The position numbers and the translations under genes are program-made. From NCBI GenBank assembly GCA_963803435.1, contig CAWDML010000001.1:2336001-2400000 (forward strand): a stretch of 64,000 nt of DNA, written 5' to 3'. The notes under the pieces were generated by a model, which saw only the letters and a list, made by a program, of their open reading frames with translations, did not search any database and was not told the DNA's origin. Below, piece by piece: positions 12,211 to 22,653 of the stretch (position 1 is the stretch's first letter; every line of letters begins with the position of its first letter). This stretch comes from an uncultured delta proteobacterium (lineage in GTDB: Bacteria; Myxococcota; Kuafuiibacteriia; Kuafuiibacteriales; Kuafuiibacteriaceae).

Positions 12211-13556
12211 GCCCGCGCGTCCTGATCGTGGACGACGAGCCCAAGATGGCGCGGGCGATGGAGGTCGCGCTCGGGCGCAGCGGCATGGAATGCGAGACCG
12301 CAGGGAGCGGTGAGGCGGCGCTCGACGCGTTTCGAGCCCGTCCTGCCGACGCCGTGATCAGCGACTGGCGACTGGGAGGCATGGACGGCCTCGAGCTGAT
12401 GCGACGGCTCCACGAGCTGGTCCCGGAGGTCCCGGTCATCATCGTGACCGCACACGCCGACGTGCCCTCCGCGGTGGCGGCGATGAAGCTGGGCGCGTTC
12501 GATTACGTCACCAAGCCCTTCGACAACGACGAGCTCCGCGCCACCGTCCAGCGGGCGCTGGACCTCACGCACCTGCGGCGGGAGAACCGCTGGCTCCGGG
12601 AGCGCCTGGCCGGCGAAGACCCGGCCTCGGGCCTGATCGCCGAGAGCGCGTCGATGCGGGCGGTGATCGACCTGGTGCGGAGGGTCGCGCCCTCCCGGGC
12701 CACCGTCCTGATCCAGGGGGAGAGCGGTACCGGCAAGGAGGTGATCGCGAAGCTGATCCACCACCTCTCCGACCGCGTCGGCCACCCGTACGTCGCGGTC
12801 AACTGCAAGGCCTTCGCCGAGGGCGTCCTGGAGAGCGAGCTGTTCGGCCACGAGCGCGGGGCGTTCACCGGAGCCGCGGAAGCGCGCGCCGGGTGCTTCG
12901 AGCGCGCCCACGGCGGCACGCTCTTCCTCGACGAGATCGGAGACGTCTCGCCTTCGTTTCAAGCGAAGCTGCTCCGCGTCCTTCAGGAGTCAGAGGTGCT
13001 GCGCGTCGGCGGCGAATCTCCGCGGAAGATCGACGTGCGCGTGGTGACCGCGACCAACCGGCGCCTCGACGCGGAGGTGAGAGCCGGCCGCTTCCGCGAA
13101 GACCTCTACTTCCGGCTCAACGTCATCCCGATCGCGCTGGCTCCGCTCCGCGCGCGCCCCGAGGATCTGCTCCCCCTCGCGCTACACTTCCTCGAGCGGC
13201 ACCGCACGCATGGAGGCTGGACGAAGACGCTCGACGAGACGGCCGCGCTGGCGCTCCAACGACACAGCTGGCCGGGCAACGTCCGCGAGCTCGAGAACGC
13301 CATCGAGCGCGCCGTGCTCCTGGCGCGGAGCGAGCGCATCGAGCCGGAAGATCTGCTCCTGACCTCTCTCGCGCCCGAGCCGACGGAGACGGGCGAGGAG
13401 GGCACGCTGCAAGAGGCCCTGGACCGCGCCACCCGCGATCGGATCCTCACGGCGCTGGAGAGGACCGGCGGCCGTAAGGCCGACGCGGCCGCCGCGCTCG
13501 GCGTCGATCGCACGACGCTCTATCGATTGATGAGGAAGCTGGACCTGTCCCCGTGA
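12207..13556 (+). CDS. Sigma-54-dependent NtrC-family response regulator
   Basis: REC domain, GESGTGKE, GAFTGA, WPGNVREL, Fis-type HTH. Confidence 0.95.
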   Translation: MSPRVLIVDDEPKMARAMEVALGRSGMECETAGSGEAALDAFRARPADAVISDWRLGGMDGLELMRRLHELVPEVPVIIVTAHADVPSAVAAMKLGAFDYVTKPFDNDELRATVQRALDLTHLRRENRWLRERLAGEDPASGLIAESASMRAVIDLVRRVAPSRATVLIQGESGTGKEVIAKLIHHLSDRVGHPYVAVNCKAFAEGVLESELFGHERGAFTGAAEARAGCFERAHGGTLFLDEIGDVSPSFQAKLLRVLQESEVLRVGGESPRKIDVRVVTATNRRLDAEVRAGRFREDLYFRLNVIPIALAPLRARPEDLLPLALHFLERHRTHGGWTKTLDETAALALQRHSWPGNVRELENAIERAVLLARSERIEPEDLLLTSLAPEPTETGEEGTLQEALDRATRDRILTALERTGGRKADAAAALGVDRTTLYRLMRKLDLSP

Positions 13557-13557
13557 C

Positions 13558-14118
13558 TCAGATCCGGAAGGAGAACCGGAAAAATACGCCCACGTTGTTG
13601 AGCGTGGTGTCGCCGAAGAACTCGTCGCCGCGCAGGCCGAACTCCCAGATGCCCACGCGGATCGCCCGGCGCAGCGCCACCTCCTGGAACAACACCACGC
13701 CGCGGATGGTCGTCGACGGCGTCTCGAAGCCGCCCGGATCCAGAAAGCCCCAGGGCGCGCCTTCGACGCCGGCGGCGATCCCGATCCCCCAGGGGCCGTC
13801 GCCGAGGCCGACCGTGTAGTCGAGGCCGGCGCCGAAAGAGAGGACCGCCGCGCCGCCGCCGCTGGAAGCGTCGAGCGCGGGCTGGGCGAGGAAGGTGGCG
13901 CCGACCCGAACGCCGAAGTGCTGGACGATGGGGATGAAGACGCCGGCGTTGACGTTCGCGCTGAGGGTCTGGCCGGCCAGCGTGTTGTGCCCGGTTCCGA
14001 GGAGGACGGAGCCCGAGATCCGGAAGTCGTGGAAGGGGAGATCCTCTGCGTCCTGCGCAAAGGCATGCGCAGGCACTGCGAACAGAACGGCGATCAGGAG
14101 GGGCGTTCGGATGGTCAT
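13558..14118 (-). CDS. Exported beta-barrel-like hypothetical protein
   Basis: Signal peptide; C-terminal FFRFSFRI. Confidence 0.5.
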   Translation of the reverse strand: MTIRTPLLIAVLFAVPAHAFAQDAEDLPFHDFRISGSVLLGTGHNTLAGQTLSANVNAGVFIPIVQHFGVRVGATFLAQPALDASSGGGAAVLSFGAGLDYTVGLGDGPWGIGIAAGVEGAPWGFLDPGGFETPSTTIRGVVLFQEVALRRAIRVGIWEFGLRGDEFFGDTTLNNVGVFFRFSFRI

Positions 14119-14175
14119 TCCCCTTCGCAGAGGCAACCCATGTGCCGCTGACTTTCGTTCACACGCCCGGTCAAA

Positions 14176-14212
14176 CGTCCGGATTCGTCCGAATTCGTCC
14201 GGATTCGTCCGG
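14176..14212. repeat. 10-bp tandem repeat CGTCCG(G/A)ATT, about 3.7 copies
   Basis: cgtccggatt cgtccgaatt cgtccggatt cgtccgg in the divergent intergenic region. Confidence 0.85.
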
Positions 14213-14313
14213 CGGCGTGGCTCGGATCACCGGACATCCGGGCGCGCGACTGGCTGCGGAACCACCTTTGCAAATAGAGTGTCGCCGGCGCGCAGGCGCC
14301 GCTTGGGGGTATC

Positions 14314-17300
14314 GTGGACGAGTTTCTGCTCGGCGCTTCGGTCGTCCTTTTCCTCGCTTCACTGGTGCTCCCGGTGATCGCGTTCGTCCTCATCTACAGC
14401 ACGCGAAAGCGCCTGGCCAACGTCGAGGCCGGCCTCGAGAAGCGCGAGCGCGAGCTCCGCTTCCTCTACGAGCGAACCTCGACGGCGGCCGCCGCCCCGA
14501 AGGTGGCGCGGGAGCCCGAGCTGAAGCCGGCGCCCGTGCTGGCGCCCGAGCCCAAGTGGACCCCGGAGGCCGAGCTCGAGCCGCCGACCGCGCCGGTCGC
14601 GCCGGCCCTCCCGCCGGAGCCGGAGCCCGCACCCGAGCGCGCGTCCCCGGCCTTCCAGCAGGAAGAGCCCACCAAACCCCCGCCGCCTCCGCCGATCCCG
14701 TTCGAGCAGCGGCTCGCCACCATCTTCACCCGTGTTGGCGCCGGGGCGCTCCTCCTGGGCGTGCTCTACTTCTTCAAGTACGCGGTCGACAGCGAGTGGA
14801 TCGGCCCCATGGGCCGCGTGCTCATCGGCGCGTTCTTCGGTCTCGGGTTCCTGGTCTTCGCGGAGATCGTCCGGTCCCGCACGCGCGCCGCCTACGTCAG
14901 CGCGGTCGTCGGCATCGGCCTCGCGTGTCTCTACATCTCGGCATACGCCAGCTCGGCCTTCTATCACTTGATCCCGACCGAGGCCGCGTTCGCCGCCAAC
15001 GCGATCATCCTGATCCTCGGCGCCGCGCTCGCCTGGCGCCATCAGGCGGAGGCGATCCTGGTCCTGGTGTTGATCGCGGGCTTCCTCAACCCGGTGCTGC
15101 TCTCGACCGGCGTCGATCGCCCCTTCGCCCTCTTCTCCTATCTGCTGGTGATGACCAGTGTCGTGCTCCTGGTCGCCACGCACCACGGGTTCCGTATCGC
15201 GGTCCCGCTCTCGATGCTCGGCGTGGCCTTCCTCTTCGGCGGCTGGTACCAGCGCTTCTTCGACACCCACGACCTCACCGGCCTGGGCGACTATCCGCCC
15301 GAGCAACTGCACGGCGCCTACTTCGACCTGACCGCGAGGCTCGTCCCGCTGCTCGCGGTTCTCCTCTTCGCGCTCCAGTGGATCGCCGTCGCGTTCCGGC
15401 TCCGGCAGATCGGAAAGCTGCCCGGCTTCGTCAAGCCGATCGCCGTGTTCGCGCTGGTGGTCGCCCACGCCGGGCTCACCGCGCTCCTCTACGATCGCGC
15501 GATCCACCTCGGCGCCGCGATGGTCCTCCTGGGCGTTGGCTCGGTCCTCGCCCTCCGCGCCCTCGACGCCACCCGGCACCTCCTGTTCCCGATGCTGGCG
15601 GCGTTTCTCCTCCTGCTCGGCCTCACCGAGCACGCCCACAGCTGGAACCAGACCGCGGTGGTGGCGCTGCTCGGCGTCTGGACCGCGATCTACGTGGTGG
15701 CGTTCCTCCGCGACTTCTCCGCCGAGCATCGCGAGATCACGACGGGCCACGCCGTGCGCGCCGGCATCGCGCTCGGCAGCTTCGCGATCCTCGCCTCGGC
15801 CGTGCTGCTCCCCAGCGAGAAGGCGATCGGCGCGGCGATCGCCCTGACCGGCACGGCCGCCGCCCTCTCGGTCGTGGCGCATCGCGCCCGACTGCCGTGG
15901 ATGAACCTGCTCACGCTGCTCGGCACGTTCCTGCCGATGTCGATCGCCATGCTGATCGCGCAGGAGAACTCCGCGCACTGGGCGCCGATCGCCGTCGGCA
16001 TCGCGCTCCTCTGGGCGATCGCGGTCGGCACCGCGCCGATGCTCGCCGCGCTCCGCGAGCCCGAGCCCCGGATCGTCCACCTCTTCTCCCTCGCGCTCGC
16101 CGAGCTCTGCTTCCTGGGCCTGGCCCTGATGACCACGCACGACGACGTACCCACGCTCCGCGCGCTGCTGACCGGGGCGACCGGCGCCGCCAGCCTGGGG
16201 CTGGCAGGCTACCTTGCATCCACCCGGAGCCGCCTGGCCGCCTGGCGGACGCTGCTGGCGGCCCTGGCGCTCGGCCTCTTCGCCCCCGCCATCGCCTTTG
16301 CGCTCTCCGGCGCGACCATCACCGTCCTCTGGGCGATCCTGACCGCGGTCGCGGCGCTGATCCTCGCCGAGACGCGCGAGAAGGCCTGGCTGATCACCGT
16401 CGTGCTCCTGGCGGTCGCCACGCTGACGCGCATCGTCGCCGTCGACGTGCCCGAGGCGAGCGAGCTGATCCGGAGCTTCGAGTGGTCCCAGGGCCGCACC
16501 GGTGTGCTCGCCCTCCCCGCCTTCTTCAACTTCCGAGCCTACGCGTTCTTCGGCACAGGCTTCGGCTTCCTGGGTGGCGCCTTCCTGCTCGGACGATCGC
16601 TCAAGGCTCGGCCCGACAAGACGCTCGCCCCCGTCGCCGGCATGCTCGCGATCGTCGCCTATACTTTGCTCACCATCGTCTTGATCGTGGAGGTCCGTGC
16701 GTGGCTGCTCCAGCTCCCGCCCGTCCCCCCGGTCGCGTTCGACACCGAGGAGTTCAACGTGTTCATGGACAGCGTTCGAGAGGCGCGCGCCGCGCAACAC
16801 AACCTGCTCGCGATGGCTTCCACGGTGGTGCTCGCCGGCGTCGCCTCCTTGCTGCTGGCGATCGGCTTCATCGCCAAGGACGCGTTCCACCGCTATCTGG
16901 GCCTGACGGTGTTCCTGGCGACGATCGGCAAGCTGGTCGGCTGGGACGTGTGGAACCTGGCTCGGATCTACCAGGTGGTGGCGCTGACCGTGGTCGGCGC
17001 GCTGCTCCTGGGCTCCGGGTTCCTCTATGCGCGCCTCAAAGGGCTCTTCAAGGCCACCGCGGTCTCGCTGCTCCTCCTCGGCGTCGCCCTGCCGGCGCGC
17101 GCAGAGACCGACGCGCCGCTGACGAACCCGGTGGCCACGCACGAGTACGCGCACCGGCGCACGATCGACGGCGTCGACGGCGTCGGCGATTACGTGGTCC
17201 GGCTCGACGCCGACCTGTTCCGTCACAGCACCGCACGCGCGCTGTTCGACGACGTCCGGATCGCCGATCCCGACGGCCGCGAGGTCCCCTTCATCACGCG

Positions 17301-18300
17301 CATGACGCCGCCCGAGCGCCCCTCCGCGTTCGAGCCCGGCTCCATGTTCGATCCCGGCGTCATCGCGGGCGGCGGCTTCCGCGCCACCTTCGAGATCCCC
17401 AGCTCGCTCGAGCACTGCGAGATCCACCTCCAGCTCAGCGGCTCGGCACCGTATCTGAGACGCACGCGCGTCGAGACCGGCGACAAGACCAGCGACATGC
17501 AGCTGGTCGCCGAGGGCGGCCTGGTGTGGGCGCTGTTCGAGGAGTCGCGCGCCGAGCTTCACTATCCCCGATCGATCGCGCGCTACGTGCGCGTCACGCT
17601 GCTGCCCGATCCGAACGCGAGCCTCACCACGATCACCGGCGCGGAGCTCGGCTGCGACACGCCAAGCAGCACCATCCCCTCGACGGAGGTCGATCTCCAG
17701 GTCACCAAGATCGATCACAAGGACAAGACCACCGTGGTCGACCTCGACGCCGGGATGGAGGGGGTCCCGTTCCAGGTGGTGACGCTCGACGTCGGCACGA
17801 GCGCCTTCGCCCGCCGCACCACGCTGGCCGCCTCCTCGCACCAGAGCGTCTGGCCCGTGGTCAGCCACGGGCTCATCCAGCGCTACGGAGACAACTACGC
17901 CGACCTCTCGCTGTCCGCCGGGGGCACCCGCAAGCGCTACTTCCAGATCACGATCGACGACGGGGACGACGCGCCGCTCGACATCCGTGGCGCGAAGGGC
18001 CGCCTGCTCACGCGCGAGCTGGTCTTCCGGGCCACCAAGCCTGGGAGGCACCTGCTGTACGTCGGCAACCCCGAGGGCACCGGGGCCCAGTACGATCTGG
18101 CGGATCTGCTGGCGCGCGCCGACGTGGCCCCTCGCCGGGCCTCCTTCGGAGTCCTCGAGCCGAACCCGACCCACGGGCGCCCCGAGGTGGCGGACGATCT
18201 TCCGGCCACGGAGAAGTATCGCAGCACCATCGGCATCGTGCTCGCCGTCGTGCTGCTCGGACTGGCCGTGTGGGCAGTGAAGCTGATCCGCGCCCGTTGA
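14314..18300 (+). CDS. DUF2339 multi-pass membrane protein fused to a DUF3999-like domain
   Basis: GVLYFFKYAVDSEWIGPMGRV; many TM helices; soluble C-domain with YVGNP...YDL and a final TM. Confidence 0.7.
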   Translation: MDEFLLGASVVLFLASLVLPVIAFVLIYSTRKRLANVEAGLEKRERELRFLYERTSTAAAAPKVAREPELKPAPVLAPEPKWTPEAELEPPTAPVAPALPPEPEPAPERASPAFQQEEPTKPPPPPPIPFEQRLATIFTRVGAGALLLGVLYFFKYAVDSEWIGPMGRVLIGAFFGLGFLVFAEIVRSRTRAAYVSAVVGIGLACLYISAYASSAFYHLIPTEAAFAANAIILILGAALAWRHQAEAILVLVLIAGFLNPVLLSTGVDRPFALFSYLLVMTSVVLLVATHHGFRIAVPLSMLGVAFLFGGWYQRFFDTHDLTGLGDYPPEQLHGAYFDLTARLVPLLAVLLFALQWIAVAFRLRQIGKLPGFVKPIAVFALVVAHAGLTALLYDRAIHLGAAMVLLGVGSVLALRALDATRHLLFPMLAAFLLLLGLTEHAHSWNQTAVVALLGVWTAIYVVAFLRDFSAEHREITTGHAVRAGIALGSFAILASAVLLPSEKAIGAAIALTGTAAALSVVAHRARLPWMNLLTLLGTFLPMSIAMLIAQENSAHWAPIAVGIALLWAIAVGTAPMLAALREPEPRIVHLFSLALAELCFLGLALMTTHDDVPTLRALLTGATGAASLGLAGYLASTRSRLAAWRTLLAALALGLFAPAIAFALSGATITVLWAILTAVAALILAETREKAWLITVVLLAVATLTRIVAVDVPEASELIRSFEWSQGRTGVLALPAFFNFRAYAFFGTGFGFLGGAFLLGRSLKARPDKTLAPVAGMLAIVAYTLLTIVLIVEVRAWLLQLPPVPPVAFDTEEFNVFMDSVREARAAQHNLLAMASTVVLAGVASLLLAIGFIAKDAFHRYLGLTVFLATIGKLVGWDVWNLARIYQVVALTVVGALLLGSGFLYARLKGLFKATAVSLLLLGVALPARAETDAPLTNPVATHEYAHRRTIDGVDGVGDYVVRLDADLFRHSTARALFDDVRIADPDGREVPFITRMTPPERPSAFEPGSMFDPGVIAGGGFRATFEIPSSLEHCEIHLQLSGSAPYLRRTRVETGDKTSDMQLVAEGGLVWALFEESRAELHYPRSIARYVRVTLLPDPNASLTTITGAELGCDTPSSTIPSTEVDLQVTKIDHKDKTTVVDLDAGMEGVPFQVVTLDVGTSAFARRTTLAASSHQSVWPVVSHGLIQRYGDNYADLSLSAGGTRKRYFQITIDDGDDAPLDIRGAKGRLLTRELVFRATKPGRHLLYVGNPEGTGAQYDLADLLARADVAPRRASFGVLEPNPTHGRPEVADDLPATEKYRSTIGIVLAVVLLGLAVWAVKLIRAR

Positions 18301-18353
18301 CCGGTGTCGTTTCGCACATCGAGCCTGCGCACCCCCGGTGTACGCTGGAGGAC

Positions 18354-20132
18354 GTGCCCCGCGCGCTCTTCGCAGTGCTCCTGATCGTGATCGGGTGCTC
18401 CGACTCGGAGCCGCGGCTCCCCCGGTCGACGACACCAAGGTGGTCGTCTACTTCCCGATCGAGAACGGCCGCGTGTTCGGGCGCGGGTTCGCCGGCGCCG
18501 CCTCTTCGCCGTTCGTCTACGTCGCCGCTCACCCTGAGCGCACCAACTCGATCGTCCCCGCCGCGCCCGACGGTACCTTCTCCTTCGACCTGGTCGCCGA
18601 GACGGGCAACGTCGTCGAGATCGCCCCGGCCGGGGATAGGGGCGCGCGCGACCGCGGCACGCCGATCTTCTTCCGCGTACCCGAACCCCCGAACGCGTCG
18701 ATCGGCCGCTTCTACTGCTGCGCCGAGACCGGCACCTGCCAGTCGCAGTTCGACGCCGAGGAGCAGGTCCCGTGCAAGCCGTACCAAGCGGGACTCATCC
18801 GCTGCGACGAGGACGCGGACTGCTTCGGTCTCGCCAACGAGGTGCTCCCGATCGACGTCAGCCGGATCGACGTCTCACCTCCGGATACCGAGGGGCGGAT
18901 CTCAATCGCGGGCACGGTGCTCCCGATGGCGCTGGTCACCATCGAGAATCGAGCCCTCACCGGCCTCGGCGTGGGCCTGCCGCGCTGGAAGAGGACGACG
19001 GTCGCCGATCTGGAGGGCGCCTTTTACTTCGACAACCTCGCGGCCCGCGGGGACGACGAGCTGGTGGTTCAGCTGCGCAACCTCGAGAACCTGCGATCTC
19101 CGCCCGCTCAGTTGATCGTGCCGGATCCACCGTTCACCTCGCTCGACGTGGTGTCCGTCGAGGGCTGGGAGCCCGTCGACGCGAGCGAGCACGGGGTGAT
19201 CGCGGTGCGCGTGGCGCCCGGAGGGATCGACGGGCGCGGCATCTGTCCCGACAGCCGCGAGGATCCGTCCACCTGCTTCACCGGCGGCCTGTTCCACTCC
19301 ATGATCACGTCCATCGACGCCCGGCTGGCGCGCACCGGCGGAGGCCCCAGCATCGCCCCGCGTCCCGCCGCCGTCACCGAGGCGCGCCCCCACGTCGTCG
19401 GCGCGCAGGGTGAGGTCCGCGATCCCGCGAAGGACATCGTCATCGCCATCGACATGAGCGCGGGCGCTTCGGCGCAGGATCCGCCGAAACAGCGGAGGTT
19501 CGCCGCGGCCGCCGAGCTGGTCCGGCGTCTGAGGGATCGAGATTCGGGTCGGGTTGGTGGCCATCGGCGGCGGCGGCCGCGAGGTCGCGGTCGGTCCCGC
19601 ACAGGAGGTGATCGCGGAGCTGGCCGCGCTCGAAGGCGAGCCCACCACCGGCGAGCGCGACCTGTTCCTCGCGCTCGCGCGGGCCCGCGCGATGCTGACC
19701 TCCGAGTCCCGCCCGGGCAGCATCGTCGCCATCATGATGGGCGGCGTGTCGGGGGACGCCGATCCGACCGTCGAGCGGGCCACCGCCCTGCGCGAGGAGC
19801 TCGGCGATGCCCGGGTCGACATCATCACGATCGGCGCGGGGCCCGGCGGCAACCTGGAGGCGCTCCGCCGCCTGGCGCGCTTCGGCGACGCCCCTGGAGA
19901 GGTCGTCGACCTCGAGTCGATCGCCGGGCTCGAGCGGACCGTCTACGATCTCGCCGACACGCTGGTGGGCTCGTTCATCCTGCTCTACGAGGTCGACCTT
20001 CCGAACGTCGGCAAGCAGGATTGCGTCGAGCTCGATCTCACGGCCGAGATCGGCGGCGCATCCCTCGACGCGCACTTCCGCGGCGTGGTCTCGTTCGAGG
20101 GCGCGGCGGGCGATCCGTCGCCGTGCAACTGA
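18354..20132 (+). CDS. Cys-rich lipoprotein with vWA-like domain (indels near 18420 and 19550)
   Basis: Lipobox IVIGC; IAIDMS; three frames join into a paralogue of 20767-22638. Confidence 0.65.
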
Positions 20133-20136
20133 AGGG

Positions 20137-20559
20137 CTACTTCGCCTTTTCGAGCGCGCGAGCGCGCTGCTTGCGGCCGTGCTTGCTCTTGAGGCGCTGC
20201 TCGGGCGTCTGCTTCTTCGGGCGCTCCGGGAAGCGCTGACGGGAAATGTCGAGGAGGCGGGCCTTGGTGAAGCCTTCGAGCTTCGTCCGCAGCGCCTCGT
20301 CCGCGGTGAAGCCGGCGGCCTTGCGCTTCTCGAGGATGTGCTTGATCAGGCCGTCCTTGTCGCCGAAGCGCTCGCGGACCTTCTGCTCGGCCTGGTAGAG
20401 ACGGAGCAACTTCTTGTTCGAGAGCGCCATCAGCCGCGACTTCACATCGGCCGCGCTGCTGTCGCCGTGCTGCTTGTCGACCATCTCGGAGAGCTTCTCG
20501 ACCAGGTTGGTCCGGCTCTCGAAGCTCTTCGTCACCGTCTGGTGGGGGGTGGGTTTCAT
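20137..20559 (-). CDS. Basic Lys/Arg-rich hypothetical protein
   Basis: 140-aa ORF with AGGAGG RBS and host-like codon usage. Confidence 0.7.
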   Translation of the reverse strand: MKPTPHQTVTKSFESRTNLVEKLSEMVDKQHGDSSAADVKSRLMALSNKKLLRLYQAEQKVRERFGDKDGLIKHILEKRKAAGFTADEALRTKLEGFTKARLLDISRQRFPERPKKQTPEQRLKSKHGRKQRARALEKAK

Positions 20560-20766
20560 CGATCCTCCTTGGGGACCAGCCGGGTCCTACCCGGCCGGCA
20601 TGCCGTCATCGAGCCGCGTCCGCTACCGCGCTCGCGGCCGAGTCGCAAGCAAATTCCAGCGGTTCCGGGCTCCGGTTCCCCGACCGATCCGCCGAGAGTC
20701 GCCGCCCGCACCCGGAACAGTTTCCTCCCCTCCCCGTGTTGAGCCGGCCAGGGCCCGGGCGCTAAC

Positions 20767-22638
20767 ATGCTTATTTCGATGGGCGAGCGCGGATCGGGCT
20801 TGAGATTTTGGGCGGTTGCAGCATCGGCCTGGGCGCTCGCCGGAAGCTGCGCCGGCGAGACGCCGCCGAGCGATCTGGGCCCGCCGGACCTCTCCAAGAT
20901 CTCCGTATTTTACCCGGTCGACGGCCTGGTCCGCGGCCGAGGACTGGCCGCCACCGTCAACGACACCCGCGCCACCCACGTCCGCATCGCGTCCCATCCC
21001 ACCAAGGGCGAGACCATCGTCCCGGTCCAGTCCGACGGTTCGTTTGCGTTCTCGGTCATCGCGATCTCCGGGGACCTGCTCGAGATCTCCGCGGCCACCG
21101 ACGACAAGGCGACCCGGCGCGGGGAGCCGGTCTACCTGGTGGTACCGCCGACCCCGCTGCCACCACCGAACTTCGTCTGCTGCGGCGCGCGCCAGGGCCG
21201 CAACGGAACCTGCCAGGACGAAGACTCGGCCGCCGCCGGCAACCCTTGCCCCGACGCGGCCACCGGCATCACCCAATGTCAGGTCGATCGGGACTGCGGC
21301 GCCGAGAGCGGTGAGATCCTGCCGTTCGACGAGTCGCGCATCACGATCACCTCGCCGAGCGCCGAGGGTCGGATCACCATCTCGGGCACGGTCCTGCCCG
21401 ACGCGCTGATCACGATGGAGAACCGGGGCCAGTCGGCGGTCGGCGGCTACAAGCCCACCCAGCGACGGCAGGTCCGGATCACCGACAAGAACGGGAACTT
21501 CGTCTTCGACAGCGTGGTCGCACGGGGCGACGACGAGCTGATCTTCCAGGTGCACGATCTGCTCGGGTTCCGCTCGCCGGAAGCGTCGATGCTGGTGCCG
21601 GACGCAGAGATCGCGGGCGTCGATGTCACGGGAGCCTTCGCCTATTCACCGCTCACACCCGGACAGATCGGGACGATTGCCTTCCTGTTGCAGCCCTACG
21701 GTGTGGATGGACGGGGCATCTGCCCCAACACCGACGAGGATCCGATCCTCTGCCTGTCCGGCGGGCTGACGCACAAGATGGTCGGCATCAAGAACCTCGA
21801 CATCGACGGCGAAGCGCTAGCGGCCGTTCCCACCACCACCACCGCCGCCGAGCCCTACTCGCGGGGCCTCCTGGGCGGGAGCGATCCGCTCGCCGGCCCG
21901 CAGGACCTGGTGATCGCGCTCGACATGAGCGCCAACGCCGCGAAGATCGACAGCTCGACCCCGCCCCAGCGCTTCGAGCAGGTCCGCGACTTCGTCCACG
22001 GCCTCCGCAGTCGGGACTCCGTGGCCCTGGTGACCTTCGGCGGCACCATCGAGGCCCGCACCGGGCTGGTCGGCGGCGATCACGCCGCGGTGCTCGCCGA
22101 GCTGCAGAGCCTGGAGAGCGCCCAGGCCGCCGGGCCCGCCAACGTCTTCCAGGGCATCTCGTTCTCGGCCGCCCTCCTCGAGGACGCTCGGACCCGGAGG
22201 CCGGGTCGCATCATCGTGATCACGCTCAGCGATGAGCCGGGCACGCTCCAGGAGGCGACCGCGAGCTTCGACGCCGCCTTCGACAAGGTGAGCGAGAACC
22301 CGTCGTCCGGCTTCCCCGGCTGGACCGTCGACGTGCTGGCGGTCGAGATCCCCGGCGACGACGCGAACGTCACGCTGCTCTCGGACATCGCCGCGTTCAC
22401 CCGGGGCCAGTTCTACAACGTCCTCAAGTTCTATCGGTTCACCGTGGGTCAGACGCTCGCCGAGCTCCGCTCGACGCTCTCCGGCTCCTTCATCCTCCTT
22501 TACGACCTGCCCATCCCGGTCGGGATCGGTAAGGAGGGCACGATCAGGTTCACCGCCGAGGTGGCTCTCCCGGAATCCGAGCGCGTCCAGGCGGACTACT
22601 CGGGCCCGCTCCTCATCTATCATGGAATCGAAAACTGA
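20767..22638 (+). CDS. Cys-rich lipoprotein with vWA-like domain
   Basis: Lipobox LAGSC; VIALDMS, VALVTFG, IIVITLSD. Confidence 0.7.
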   Translation: MLISMGERGSGLRFWAVAASAWALAGSCAGETPPSDLGPPDLSKISVFYPVDGLVRGRGLAATVNDTRATHVRIASHPTKGETIVPVQSDGSFAFSVIAISGDLLEISAATDDKATRRGEPVYLVVPPTPLPPPNFVCCGARQGRNGTCQDEDSAAAGNPCPDAATGITQCQVDRDCGAESGEILPFDESRITITSPSAEGRITISGTVLPDALITMENRGQSAVGGYKPTQRRQVRITDKNGNFVFDSVVARGDDELIFQVHDLLGFRSPEASMLVPDAEIAGVDVTGAFAYSPLTPGQIGTIAFLLQPYGVDGRGICPNTDEDPILCLSGGLTHKMVGIKNLDIDGEALAAVPTTTTAAEPYSRGLLGGSDPLAGPQDLVIALDMSANAAKIDSSTPPQRFEQVRDFVHGLRSRDSVALVTFGGTIEARTGLVGGDHAAVLAELQSLESAQAAGPANVFQGISFSAALLEDARTRRPGRIIVITLSDEPGTLQEATASFDAAFDKVSENPSSGFPGWTVDVLAVEIPGDDANVTLLSDIAAFTRGQFYNVLKFYRFTVGQTLAELRSTLSGSFILLYDLPIPVGIGKEGTIRFTAEVALPESERVQADYSGPLLIYHGIEN

Positions 22639-22653
22639 CAGGCCCCAGGAGAA

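Noticed and set aside
14176-14212. CRISPR array
   Set aside because: 10-bp unit with no spacers and no cas genes in the window.
14142-19115. Very long alternative ORFs (1657 aa +, 1359 aa -, also 282..3377 and 48009..50756)
   Set aside because: Shadow frames of high-GC genes with Arg/Pro/Gly-rich composition and no motifs.
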